From Zancudomyces culisetae HAW-14-8 (taxonomy: Eukaryota > Fungi > Kickxellomycota), in NCBI GenBank assembly GCA_052426225.1, contig JBNJNM010000022.1, positions 186,001 to 250,000 on the forward strand: DNA of 64,000 nt, given 5' to 3'. Under the pieces are notes generated by a model. The model had not been told where the DNA came from, did not search any database, and worked only from the letters and a program-made list of their open reading frames with translations. Positions 25,904-39,172 of this stretch are shown one piece after another. Position numbers and translations under genes: made by a program. Position 1 is the stretch's first letter; the number at the start of each line of letters is the position of its first letter.

Positions 25904-27466
25904 CTAGTTCTTGTCAAGTCGGCAGAATGGATTGGATTTGACCATGTTGATGTCAACTTTGTGACCAACAAGTGAACGAATGTTGTTAATGCCATATTTA
26001 ATCATAGTTGGTCGCTCCAGACTCAGACCAAAACCTATGACCTGAACACCAGGTTCCAAGCCCAGTGCGCGGACCATTTCGGGGCGGAAAATACCTGAAT
26101 TTCCTATTTCAACCCATTTCTGAAAACCTTCGTGCCAGGAAAAGACCTCAAGACTAGGTTCTGTGTATGGGTTGTAGGCTGGCTTGAATTTGAGTTTTTT
26201 AATGCCCATCTTTCCAAAGAACACATCCATAAACGTGATCAATGTGCCCAAACTTATGCTCTTATCAGCAATAACTCCCTCTACTTGATGAAATTCAGCC
26301 AAGTGTGTCGCGTCTACGCTTTCATTTCGGAAAACTCTATCGATACTGAACAATTTCATTGGGAGTTTACGGCCACTCTTTGACAGTTTATGTAGCATGT
26401 ATGCTGAAACAGCAGTAGTGTGTGTTCTCAACACAAGCTTTTGAGATTCGGTCTTGCTCCATGGATAGCGGTACCCAATCGAACCAAACCCACCGATTTC
26501 ATGAACTTGTTGAACCAAATTTTGGAAGTCTGGCAACGACTTGGCATGTTGTGGATCCTTGATAAAAAACGTATCCTGGCTCTCTCTAGCCGGATGTTGT
26601 TGTGGAATATACAATGAGTCGAAATTCCAGAAAGAGGTTTCAACATACTTGTCTGTCTTCATCTCCTCAAAACCCATTTCGAAAAAGATTTGTTGGAATT
26701 CCTCCATCACTTTTAACAGTGGATGAATACTTCCACCAGCGGATGGGATGCCCTTGGAATTGAAGTTAAACTTTTTGAATTCCGAATCCTTCCAGCTTCC
26801 GGATTGTAACATCTCATATGTTAAATCTGTTGCCTCCTGCTTCACTTGTCGCGAGTACTTTTGTCCCTTGAACACTTTATACGTTTGCTTTTTTACACCT
26901 ACTATTAACTTTCTTCGCTTCAATTCTTTTATCATTTTGGCATCTAGTGCCACTCCTGCGCCTCCATCACCAATACTGCCGCTTGATATCAATGCCAATG
27001 CTTTTTGTGTTTCGTCAGTCACCGCATCAACTACTCTCTCTAATTTGTTGTCTGCCGTCTTTTTGATCCATTTGTTCTGGAAGGCTTTACCTTGTCCTAT
27101 CTTGCCCACAGACGCACCCAGTATTTCGCTTACTTTGCTAATTTCCAAACCCTCCATCCCTTGAGCTGGAATGATATTGAACAATCTTACTTCGTGGCTC
27201 CCATTTTCCAAGATTTCTTCTCCTTCGCTTGTCAATGTAAGTATTTCTTGCTCAATTGTTTCGTACTTGACGATTTCCTTACTTTCTAAACTTTTGAGTA
27301 CCCCTAATACCTGGAGTTGATCAACAGTTTCAAAGCCCTCGATCTTTCTAGTGTCTTGGATGCATCCATCTGCGCACCCTTTATCCAGAATTTCCAATAT
27401 AACTTCTTGTATATCCATAGTCATCTTTTTTTTGTTATTGTTTTTCTTTGTACACAGACTTTTCAA
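25904..27466 (-). CDS. FRS2: Cytoplasmic phenylalanyl-tRNA synthetase alpha subunit (true start may be ~27424 or ~27418)
   Basis: Motifs FWNFDSLYIPQQHPARESQDTF, LRTHTTAVSA, FSIDRVFRNESVDATHLAEFHQVEG, FKPAYNPYTEPS, GLSLERPTMIKYGI. Confidence 0.97.
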   Translation of the reverse strand: MKSLCTKKNNNKKKMTMDIQEVILEILDKGCADGCIQDTRKIEGFETVDQLQVLGVLKSLESKEIVKYETIEQEILTLTSEGEEILENGSHEVRLFNIIPAQGMEGLEISKVSEILGASVGKIGQGKAFQNKWIKKTADNKLERVVDAVTDETQKALALISSGSIGDGGAGVALDAKMIKELKRRKLIVGVKKQTYKVFKGQKYSRQVKQEATDLTYEMLQSGSWKDSEFKKFNFNSKGIPSAGGSIHPLLKVMEEFQQIFFEMGFEEMKTDKYVETSFWNFDSLYIPQQHPARESQDTFFIKDPQHAKSLPDFQNLVQQVHEIGGFGSIGYRYPWSKTESQKLVLRTHTTAVSAYMLHKLSKSGRKLPMKLFSIDRVFRNESVDATHLAEFHQVEGVIADKSISLGTLITFMDVFFGKMGIKKLKFKPAYNPYTEPSLEVFSWHEGFQKWVEIGNSGIFRPEMVRALGLEPGVQVIGFGLSLERPTMIKYGINNIRSLVGHKVDINMVKSNPFCRLDKN

Positions 27467-28292
27467 TCTAAATTTTATATGCTCACTAAAAGATACAAGA
27501 CGAGATCAAGTGAAAATCGTTTTTTACTTTCCCCCTCTTTAAACACTTTTTGTTTTATTTTTACTTTTGATTTATAAAGCAAAAAAAAAAATAGCCAGAA
27601 ATAAGTTGCAAAATAATATGAAATTAGGAGCCGTCGAAGAGAAAAATATTATAGAAAAATAAGACCAGGCAAGAAAAAAACTGTTACTTGCTAACTAAAT
27701 CACAATGGAATTTGTTTTTATTTTTATTTTTATTTTTATTTTACAATTATCAAGAAGGTCCATACAAACCACCCCTGCCAAAAAAAAAAACAGATTTTGG
27801 CAAATGGAGTTGAGGAAGAAGAAAGGGGGGGGGAAGTCCCAGGCATAGTATCGTAAATTTGAAAATTTTGTTATAGAAAACACCACTGGAATTGGGCTGG
27901 TTTCAATCAATTTTCCAGATGAAAATTTTTTTCTAACCTTCAAATAAAATTATAAAAAAAATAAAATAACCACCAGAATTGGTTTTCTATGGCCTCTTCC
28001 CCTATCCTCATCCCTACATCCGCATCCCTACATCCATATCCCTCAATATGAAAAACTACCATTAGCTTGACCTCGCAATTTGGGCAGTTTTTGAGTTGCA
28101 TCGCGCTAAGGCTTGCGTTTAGAGAGCTTGAATGAATAAAAATGTGATTATTGATGAGATAATCATTTGATGACATTTTGCTTTTTATTATAAATCATAG
28201 AAAGAACCATACATATACTATTATAAGCCTAGATGATAAAGTTAATCAATTTTATACCTTGATGCTTAAAAAAAAAAGGATAACAGATTGAA

Positions 28293-30956
28293 TCATGTTG
28301 ATAGTTCCCATTTGGGGAAAACACGTTTATAAAGGTAAAGACAAACAGTGTCTACTGCCGAAAGAGGCGCATTAAACACACACTTCATGTAGCCATGGGT
28401 ACCCAGCGACTCCTTGATATGTCCAAAGCGACCATATTTGGTAGTAAGCTGAATAGGCTTAAAGTAGTTGATATCAATTGGGTTGTAAAACATGAAGCGG
28501 ATGGTGGCAGTTTTTTTGTTGATTTTGTATGGAACACCAGTCAAAACAACACGTTTGACGATGACCTTGGTAGGGTCTATTGAATATAAAGAACCTATAG
28601 CTATAGGAGCAACGGAAGAGTTTGAACCAGCAGGGGTGCCCAAACTGTTTATTGGTGTTACTGTTGCTGAAGACTTTTGTGGTAGATAGAAAATGGCAGG
28701 TGTGCTGTGGAAGCCAAAGGTGATTGGTGCATAAACCGTCGCAACTGTCAAGTCAGAGTCGCTTAGGAATCTACAAAATTTATATACATTATTTGGCGAG
28801 GTTTTGGAAGTGTGCTGCGAAAAGATGGGGCGGACATTGGAAAGTTTTCTGAATCCAAAGCGTAAGTTCAACATATCCTTGGATTTAATAATTGGGTTGC
28901 TTTCTGGATTAGCAGGATTCTCTCCATCAGTTCCATCGGTGTTGAAGATACGCTTTTTAACAAGTAAATGAATAACCGAATACTTGTTCTCATGCTGCAA
29001 CAAACCGAAGCAGACAAACAGTTTTGGGTTTGCCTGTAGTTTGTTAGAAAAGTCTTTATATGCAACGTTTGCGACAACTAGTTTTACCCGCGTGTTAACG
29101 CTTGAGCCCACTCCGGAAGTGCTGCTGCCATCGGCTGATTCAGACCCATAAGCTGGATTCTTTAGTATGGCTTTGGGGTTTTCTAATTGAAAAATCCGCG
29201 AGTAGTCGGCTGGGAGATTCTCATATGGATCCCAGGCTGAAGTTCTGAATGACTGCATTCCGCGATACTTGGCAAACCGCTGCCTTGCTGGGATGTCAAG
29301 TGGCGTATTTACCTCATCTGGAAACATTACATCTTCCTTCCTTTGTTTTTCTCGTTCTCGTAGATATTCCAAAAGTTCTAATTCTGTATCTTGTTCATTA
29401 GGAAGCTCATCTCCATCATTGGTATTTGTTTTGTCCTCTGGGTCGATCGGATTTCCAAATTCATCAACATTGATTTCCTCAAATTCTTCTTCCTCCTCCT
29501 CCTCCTCTTCTTCCTCAATTTGTTCATCAGAATCTTGATCTTGCTGATCATCAGATTGCATGTCCGAGTCCTCTTCATCATCAGAACCGCTTTCACTTTC
29601 ATTTTCACTTTGATTATCTTCATCCAGAATCCACGCTGCCTGATACAAAGACGTTCCCTTAGGAACACGTTTAGTCCTTACCTTGGTACCATTACTATCT
29701 GCTTGTGCATTCGCCTTTAAGAGATACTCTTGTTCTTCCCGTTCATACTCTGCCATTTTGGCTCTCCACTCATCCATTTCTGATTCGTCAGGACCAATTT
29801 GATCTGTTTCCATTTCAGCGACTTCATTGATACTCACCAATGAATCCTGTCGTTCTGGATCTGCAATGCTAATAACTTTGAGATCATCATTGTCTACTTG
29901 CATCGATTGATTTGCTGAATCTACCTGTGACTGAGATGGTGGTGGTAACGCTTCGTATATTACCTTTATCTGATACTCGCCCATTTCGGGAATATAGACT
30001 AGTCTATTGGCTGTCAGTTTATCTGTTGCACCTCTCAGATACCCTGTTATCTCCAAATCACCTATTTGCTCTTGTTCATTATTAGTAGCTTGACCTTCTC
30101 CATGTGCAACAAATTTTACGGGTTCTTCAGCCACCAGGTATGGTTTACTATCTCTCCATCCAAGTGTATCTGGAACTGTATTCGCTATGCTTCTAACAAT
30201 AACAGATGCCTCTCTCTCATTGTCACAACTATAAACCTGTGAAACCTTTGGGAAATAATATTGCACAAAACTTAATAGTGATGCCTTTATCATTGTGACT
30301 TTATTGTGCTGTTGCTGTGGTTTTCCCGTTAGATTCTCATTAAGATGCTGTCCAACAGCCATAACTGTTGATGTACCCAAGCTCTGTATTCCCTCGAGTA
30401 TATTCTTTCCAGCTTCGTCCACCTCCACTTGGGCCGACAAACCAAGAATTAAATAGTCCGATACTAGTGATGTATCCAGTATTTCATCATAATTGCTGGC
30501 AGCACTGCCGTTAGTGGACATGGTGCCACTTTTCTCAAGCTCTACAACGATAAACCGTTGTTTAAATGTATCTACTTGTAGCTCATTAACTTTTTTATCA
30601 GGATTATATTGCTCCTTGGCCCCAACACTTTCAAATAATCTTTCAGCAATGGACTTTGTAGTTACATCCTCGCATAAAGACAATATGGTTACTATTTTGG
30701 GAATTCCATGCCGGCCTGTATACTTTCTTTTGATCTTTACCACTTCTTCTTGCTTCTTCCTTTGTTCGATTCTTGCTGCATTTTTTCTATCTACTTTTCT
30801 TTGTTCCTTGGTCACTTTTCCTCTAATAGAAACTCTGACGGTTTTACCTTTGCTCTTATTTCGCAATTCTGTCTTTGTAGCATGCTTGCTTTTGAACGAT
30901 TTGTTTTTTTGCTTCAAGGTGGCCCTATGATGGAACGCCTTCTCCTCCTTTTTCAT
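28293..30956 (-). CDS. TSR1: Pre-40S ribosome biogenesis factor Tsr1
   Basis: Motifs HHRATLKQKNKSFKSKHATK, RVPKGTSLYQAAWI, FPDEVNTP..ARQRFAKYRG..SFRTSAWDPYENLP, GHIKESLGTHGYMKC, YKRVFPKW. Confidence 0.97.
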   Translation of the reverse strand: MKKEEKAFHHRATLKQKNKSFKSKHATKTELRNKSKGKTVRVSIRGKVTKEQRKVDRKNAARIEQRKKQEEVVKIKRKYTGRHGIPKIVTILSLCEDVTTKSIAERLFESVGAKEQYNPDKKVNELQVDTFKQRFIVVELEKSGTMSTNGSAASNYDEILDTSLVSDYLILGLSAQVEVDEAGKNILEGIQSLGTSTVMAVGQHLNENLTGKPQQQHNKVTMIKASLLSFVQYYFPKVSQVYSCDNEREASVIVRSIANTVPDTLGWRDSKPYLVAEEPVKFVAHGEGQATNNEQEQIGDLEITGYLRGATDKLTANRLVYIPEMGEYQIKVIYEALPPPSQSQVDSANQSMQVDNDDLKVISIADPERQDSLVSINEVAEMETDQIGPDESEMDEWRAKMAEYEREEQEYLLKANAQADSNGTKVRTKRVPKGTSLYQAAWILDEDNQSENESESGSDDEEDSDMQSDDQQDQDSDEQIEEEEEEEEEEEFEEINVDEFGNPIDPEDKTNTNDGDELPNEQDTELELLEYLREREKQRKEDVMFPDEVNTPLDIPARQRFAKYRGMQSFRTSAWDPYENLPADYSRIFQLENPKAILKNPAYGSESADGSSTSGVGSSVNTRVKLVVANVAYKDFSNKLQANPKLFVCFGLLQHENKYSVIHLLVKKRIFNTDGTDGENPANPESNPIIKSKDMLNLRFGFRKLSNVRPIFSQHTSKTSPNNVYKFCRFLSDSDLTVATVYAPITFGFHSTPAIFYLPQKSSATVTPINSLGTPAGSNSSVAPIAIGSLYSIDPTKVIVKRVVLTGVPYKINKKTATIRFMFYNPIDINYFKPIQLTTKYGRFGHIKESLGTHGYMKCVFNAPLSAVDTVCLYLYKRVFPKWELST

Positions 30957-31562
30957 TTTATTCTATTTATGGTATGTTCGATTTACTTTTTTCGTTTTGT
31001 GTTGTACCACAGTTTTACTAACCTTCTATAATAATAGTCTATCCTCTTTAAATACACCTCTAAAATAGCTTTTGGTTTTTTTTTGTATTGAATATCCAAG
31101 ACAGGGCGAGGAAGGACAAGACAAAAAAAATAATTGACTAAAAAAAATTTTTTTTCTGGCCAGTTTTCATTTCTAGAACCAAAGATCTTAGGTGAAGATA
31201 TCCAGCATAAAAAAAACACTGGCCTTGATTTCTTTCATCCAGCTAAAATTAGTTTGATCTTGCTGAATGGTAATACCTTGGATCGTTGAAAAAAAAATTT
31301 TTCTTGTACTACATTTTCCTGCCTATTCATTTAGCCTGAAGAAAAAAAAATTTTTTTTTTCCTTGGACATCTTTACGGACAATTTATATGTATAGCGAGT
31401 AATAAACTAATTTTGGGGGGTCAATATATCATTTACGTTTGTTGGCAAATATTCAAATGATTTATTTTCACTAAAATTCAAATTATTTTGTAAATATATA
31501 CTACTCTCTCCTGTAAAATATAAGAAACAAGATTATCAACTCGATACTATAACTAATTCAAG
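30957..31562. promoter_or_regulatory. Bidirectional TSR1/KRR1 promoter region with RRPE-like A(n)T(n) elements
   Basis: Divergent ATGs ~600 bp apart; TGAAAAAAAAATTTTT at 31287-31302, related tracts at ~31140-31156 and ~31337-31360. Confidence 0.6.
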
Positions 31563-32927
<1,365 letters not shown>

Positions 32928-34784
32928 GTTTTTTGAACTTTTTTTATCTTTCTAGTTAAGGTTTTACATTACCTCTTTATGTTTTACATAAAATCAAGAA
33001 TTATAATAAAACTACTTAGACAAATTACGCTTTTTTTTTGTTAAGAAGAGTCTAAAGAGTATCAGAGTACAACTCAAAATGGCAAATCATAGGTAGATAT
33101 AATAAAGGTCGGATTAAGCAAAGCCCTTTAAGGTGGTAAAGGTGGTGTAGCGATAATATATCAAGCTTTAGGGAAAAGGTGTGTATGCAACTGCAGTAAC
33201 AACAAAAAAAAGCTGATTACCCCATACCTGCAAATTCAGTTTTATTGTACAAACACCAACATGCAAAATGTACCAACAGTACACCCACACTACTAAAATA
33301 CGTATTTTTCACAATTTAATTGTGTTCAATTGGAACATTTTTAGGCAAGTAAAAGGAAAATGTTTTTACTTTTATACATACGAGGGGGAGGTTGTGTATT
33401 CTATAAAAACCACCATTCAAATACACTGATTCTACATTGATATTATTCAACCACTAATATTGATCGTTTTCATAAAGTTAGGATATATAAATGATAAAAC
33501 AACAGTTGGTATAAAAAAAAGTGCAGAGTCTAATGAAACTGAAATTCGTTATTTTTTAGCCAAAGTGTGTGGGTCATTAGTGGTAGATTCTGGGTATAGG
33601 AATTGACTTATTAATAACCAGTTGGATATATGTGTGTTTTTTTTTACATAGTGTAACATTAAAAAATTCTGAATAGGGTAGGGTGAGAACTGTTTAGATA
33701 GAGATATTAATGCACAAATATGTACTATTTATAACTATTTTCATAGAAATACAACCAATATCTTAATTATATCTTTAATCACTATCCCACTAGCCCATTT
33801 ATATCACATAATTCAAAAGCGGAAAGCCAAATGGCCTTGGAGTAAAATAATACCACCTACAGGTAAATAAACTTTAAAGCGTTGGTATTATATACAATCT
33901 CACTGACCTCTTTCTAAAAAATAGCTCTTCAGTTTACCTACACGACGATTTTCAGTCTCTTTAATGCATATATCTTTACCAAAACCCGTAAGTATTCCTC
34001 CAGCTACAGTATCTAGTGAATTTAACCAACCTTCGGAAATAATTGATTCTAATACTAGATTGTATTGTTACATAGAAAGCGTATATGCCTGTATATTAAG
34101 TCATGTATTTTGTAATGTGATGGGATTACCAGATTTGGGCGCATTGAAGGAGATAGCTGCTTACAAGCCAAGTAAGAAAATGCCTGTATTATTATCTGTT
34201 TGTTTATTATTGTTTGGTTAAATTTTCTACAATTTGGATACAATTGATTTATATATCCTAACATTATTTTTATAATTATAGCATCAGTAATTGCATACAC
34301 TGTTGGTATTCTAGGATTTATACTTTTGATGACTTTATATTGAGTTTTGTTAAACACTAGAGTTTTTTTTTACGTATGTAATTATCTACACATTATACTG
34401 GGCTATAATGATAACTATGCTATTCCACTTTTATGCTTAGAGAATAACGTCTGTTTATAAATCTTTGTCGTTTCTTGCTTAAGCAAGTCATACCTATGTG
34501 TGTGTATATCTGTGGATTTTTTTTTCTGAAATAATCTATTGAGAATCATTATTTGAAAGTCATTCAATAAAACAATTGGATAAAAATAATAGCGAAAGCA
34601 AAATTGCTGTTCTTTGAGTTTTTGGTATTTGCACCATTTCATTTTTGTATTTAATGAAACAAGGAAGCAATCCAGCTAAACTTTTAGCCTTTTTAATTTA
34701 GCGTTCAGAGGTACAAGTTTAGGCGGGGATAATAATAGTACAGCGAGAGAAAACAAGAACGAGTACAGAAGTGAGGAAAGAAAA

Positions 34785-37719
34785 ATGAGAAAATACAGTG
34801 AGTTTGATGCTCAAAAGTATATGACTGAGCAGTTTCAAAAGCAAGAGTCACTGTCACAAATAATTGAAGATTTACAAAAATACAAAGATATCAATACAAA
34901 GAAACTAGAGGCATTGATAGGTGAAGAGTACCAAAAGTTATATGATGGTGAACAATATTTTTTGAAATCAGATGACCAGCAAGAGGGCTTTGAAGAGAAA
35001 CTCGAGATTTCAGAAAGAAAGCTAGGTGAAATTGCTGAAATAGTGGAGGGTATTGAGGAGAATTTGCAAAAAGAAATTTTAGAGATTGAAAGTACAATAA
35101 AATACAAGAGAAATATACAAGCGGTTAGGGTAGGTGAATTTCGATTGTTATTAGTAGAAACGAACGGAGAGTGGACATGTTTATTTTTTGTTGGAGAAAC
35201 AAGAAAGAAAATGTTTGAACTGCTTTGAATGTTGTTGAAACGTATTAAAAGGGTTTTATGTGAAAACGATGTTGATTAAATTGGGATAAAATATTGGTAG
35301 AAAATCCTGGTAACGCATGTCAGCGTGGAAAGATTGATAAATAGAATCAAAAATGCTTTGGACTCGAGTGAGAGGGTGGATACGACAGACGAGAGGTAGG
35401 TTTTTTTGTGTTTGAAATATATCTGGTTGTAAGCGAATCAAGTTGTAACTATGGTATCGAGCTAAGATACGGGTTTAAAATACTCGAAACTTGTAAAATA
35501 TGGTGTCACAAATGTATAGACAAGAGGATATTAAAGGACTATCGAGAGTATCAACAGATTTGAACAAGCTGAGGTATTTAATGGGCAGGGGAGAGAGTAC
35601 CCCATATATGATTGAAGCATCAGGGGTATGTGATTTTACAGCTATTTCTATTTTTGTAGTTGGTTCATTTTAAAACTGGTAAAGAGAGAGTGGTCTAAGG
35701 TTGGTATAGTAATGAACTTGGATGATTATATGAATAATTTTACAATAGAGAGTTGAGGAAATTTCGGCAAGATTTTTTGATAAAATCAATAAAATGTTTG
35801 AGCAGGTAGTTAAGAAGTGGGCAGAGATTGTAGATGATAATGGTAACACAAACAAGGCAATTAAAGCAGGACAGGATATCCAAGACGAGATAGAGCAGAT
35901 AATATGGATATATTGTATAACTGAGCGGACGGATTTTGCAGAGCAGATTGTTAGCAGAATATTACTTCGATCGCGGATCAGTAAGGCTATGGAGATAGTA
36001 GGGATCAAGAAGGGGGAGATAGCTGTTGATCCACAACGATTTGAAGCAATGTTGGATAAAATTATTGAAGCGCTAAAGAAATATGTTGAGCCGCTGCAGA
36101 GAATAGTGGTTGAAAGAATGAGCAGGGCAAAGATAGATTTTGCATCCAACTCAGGATGGGTGGAGTTCGCGACACAAACTGAACAAAACATGCCGACGTT
36201 ATTTATCCCAGGAATGCCATCAAAATTTCAAGCCAACTATTCATTGGCTGAACGATTTGCAGAGAGATTTCAAAAAGAAATCTGTGTTGAGAGTGAGCGG
36301 GCAAAGATGTTGGTTGAAAGCGAGGGGTATAAAAAATGGTGGCAAAAATGGCATCTATCGGCATATTTTGCAATAAAACTTAAAGTGGTAGTGGATTATT
36401 ATTATACAAACATAAGCATTGTAGGCGACGGAAACAGTGTGTATCATGTGATTGAATGTTTGAATAGGTGTTGGGATATGTCAGGACTGCTAAAACCGCT
36501 TTTGCACAAATATATTAAACTTACACTACAGATAATTACACACTACGTAAAGGATTGTAGGGGTGTGTTAAATGCACAGAAAATCAAGGATGAAGTTGAA
36601 CAACTTTCTGTATTTGACTCGGGTAGTGAGACAAGTGTGAGTAAATTGGCGGGTACTTTGTCAGCAACAACATTGAAATCTTCAAACAGTACAGCCCAAG
36701 CAAAGAGTCGAGCGAGTAAAATGTCAAAAAACACACCAATTGGGAATGTGATTACAGACGACGTGATGAAAATACTGTCCCAGTTGTGTTTATTACGCGA
36801 GTATTTTAATAGATTTTTTAAGGATAGGATAGAGAAAGCTGTAGTAGAAAACTATAGTGATAGTGTAGATGAAGGTAGAGGAGAACGTGCACAAATAATT
36901 TGTCAGGATATAATATCACATGTGGATGGTCTCATTGATAAAGAATTTGAGCAGTGTGTCGAGATTTTACATAAGCTCACGTGTTTAAGGCTGATAACCA
37001 ACTTTTTAGTAATCAGACAGATTCCTTCACAATATAGATACACAAATCGAAAGGCGCCTACTAGCTACAGTTCGTATATTGACACATTGTTTGCACCAGT
37101 CGGGCTATTACTTGAACAACCAGCGTTTTATTTAATGAATAGCGACAGCCATAACGAGAGTAAATATAAACCATCGGTGTATGCAGAAGGCTGTGGGCAT
37201 GAAAATCAAAATGAAAGTTTAAAGATACCTTTGGGGGTGGGAATCAGGGTGCTGCAAGAAGCAATAGTATTGTTTTCACGATACTGTTGGAACATGGTAG
37301 TTGAGTTACTACAAAGTATTGATAAGGCCAATGCATCGCTACAACGACTTCGGGGCAGCACGGCAAGTCAAAAGAGCCAGGTGACTGCAAGTTTTAGGAA
37401 TGGTGATGCAAATAATAGCGATGATCACAAAATCAAGACGCAGATAAAGTTGGATGTAGAGCAGATATGCAAAGTGTTAGAGAACGGGTGGGAGCTTGAG
37501 TTTTTGAGTGATCGAAGAATAGGGGATAATGCAGTGGAATTTGAGGAATTTAGCGACATAAATGTCAGTATCAAGCCAAAAAGAGAGGATGTGAGCACTG
37601 GGAGTGGGAGTGGGAGTGGGGGCGAGTGTGATGGTGGGGTAGCATATATGTATATTGCGAGAATTAGTTTCAAGCACGAAAAGGTTACTCGCCTGTTAGA
37701 TATTGAAAAGATATTTTAG
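34785..37719 (+). CDS. COG2: Conserved oligomeric Golgi complex subunit 2 (multi-exon; internal small exons not resolved)
   Basis: N-terminal coiled-coil exon from 34785 (donor ~35130) plus a long terminal exon with COG2-like motifs LFIPGMPSKFQANY, KWHLSAYF, IPSQYRYTNRKAPTSYSSYI, SDDHKIKTQIKLDVE. Confidence 0.8.
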
Positions 37720-39172
37720 TTGCATGTTTATTTTTTTGTGGTTATATATGATATATTTAGTATTGGGACTGTTATTCTGTTACCAGCGTTAGCTGTGTGG
37801 AATTATCATGAGGATTTAATATTTATCACCTATAAGTTCCCGGCGATATTGATCTAGTGATTATGTTTGTACACACATAATTCATTAAATTTCGCGATTT
37901 GTGATTTACAATTATTTTTTTTGGCGTTTATTTTAATTTTGAAAAAATGATTTATTTATTAATGTATTAGATCAACAAACTCCATGTAAACTCTATAAAA
38001 AGCGTCAAAACATATGCTTCACGCAAAGACATCAATTTTTGGCGGCTAAAAGCTTGTAGATCCACAGTGTTTGAGCTGTAAGTACAAAATGTATGTTGAA
38101 ATATACACAAGAGGGGTTAACTGTGCTTTTAGAAAAAAGATCAAAGGTTATATTCTTTTAGAAGAAATTCCGAATACAGTAATAGCCACTACAGCAGCAG
38201 CTACAATACAAATTATGCTCCATTTGTTACCAGATACAAAGATTTTGTGTTTTTGATGTAGATATGTATCATTCTAGAAAGAAGAAATCTTGACAGTTTA
38301 ACGTTGAATGCGTAGACTACCCACCTTCACATCCTCTCCCCTCACTTCCCATCTCCTCCTCCCCGCCGCCGCCACCCCCTACTCTCAATGAGCGGAGGTT
38401 AAATTATGTACTAGATACTTTTACAGGAACCAAAAGCAAGAGTTAGTTTTGTGGTGGAATTATATTTCCCAATCGGGTCATTAGTGTATATTAAGAAAAG
38501 AAAAGAAAAGATTTTATAATTTTTCTGCTATAAATATTACGCGTAAAAGCGTAACCATGGTTTCCTTTAATATTTTTTTATAATTGTAATAGGTGTTTTT
38601 GAATAAAATATATATTTTAATATCATCAATTATAAATATAACAATAAATTTATTAAAATAATATAAAATAATATAATATTTACATTTATCTGTTTACGCA
38701 GAAATTACGAAAATAAATAAAATAAATAAAATAAAAATAAACAAACAAACTAATATCGGAACTTGTTTTTATTTAATTTTTTTCTAAATCCTACATGAAA
38801 TCTACTACAGAATATTGTAAAAAAGTAGAAATAGAAGAAAAAAAAAATTTTTTTTTATTTTAAATAACGAAAAAAAATGCTAAAATATAAAAAAAATGGT
38901 GGTATTTGTTTATAATACAGATATATGAGAACAAATTTTTTTATTATTTAGTGTTTAAAATTTAAATTAAACACTAGATGGTTAAAAAATTTATTAGAAT
39001 ATTTCCAAATTATAATAAAACCATTAATATAACTAAAAACAATTAAAAAAAAATAATTAAAGCGGAGGAATAAAATAAATTGTAAAAATAAAACCTAAAG
39101 AAATAAGAGAGTGCAAAAAAAAAAGAAACAACAAAGTAATACATTTAATAACAATCCATATAAATTAAGGGA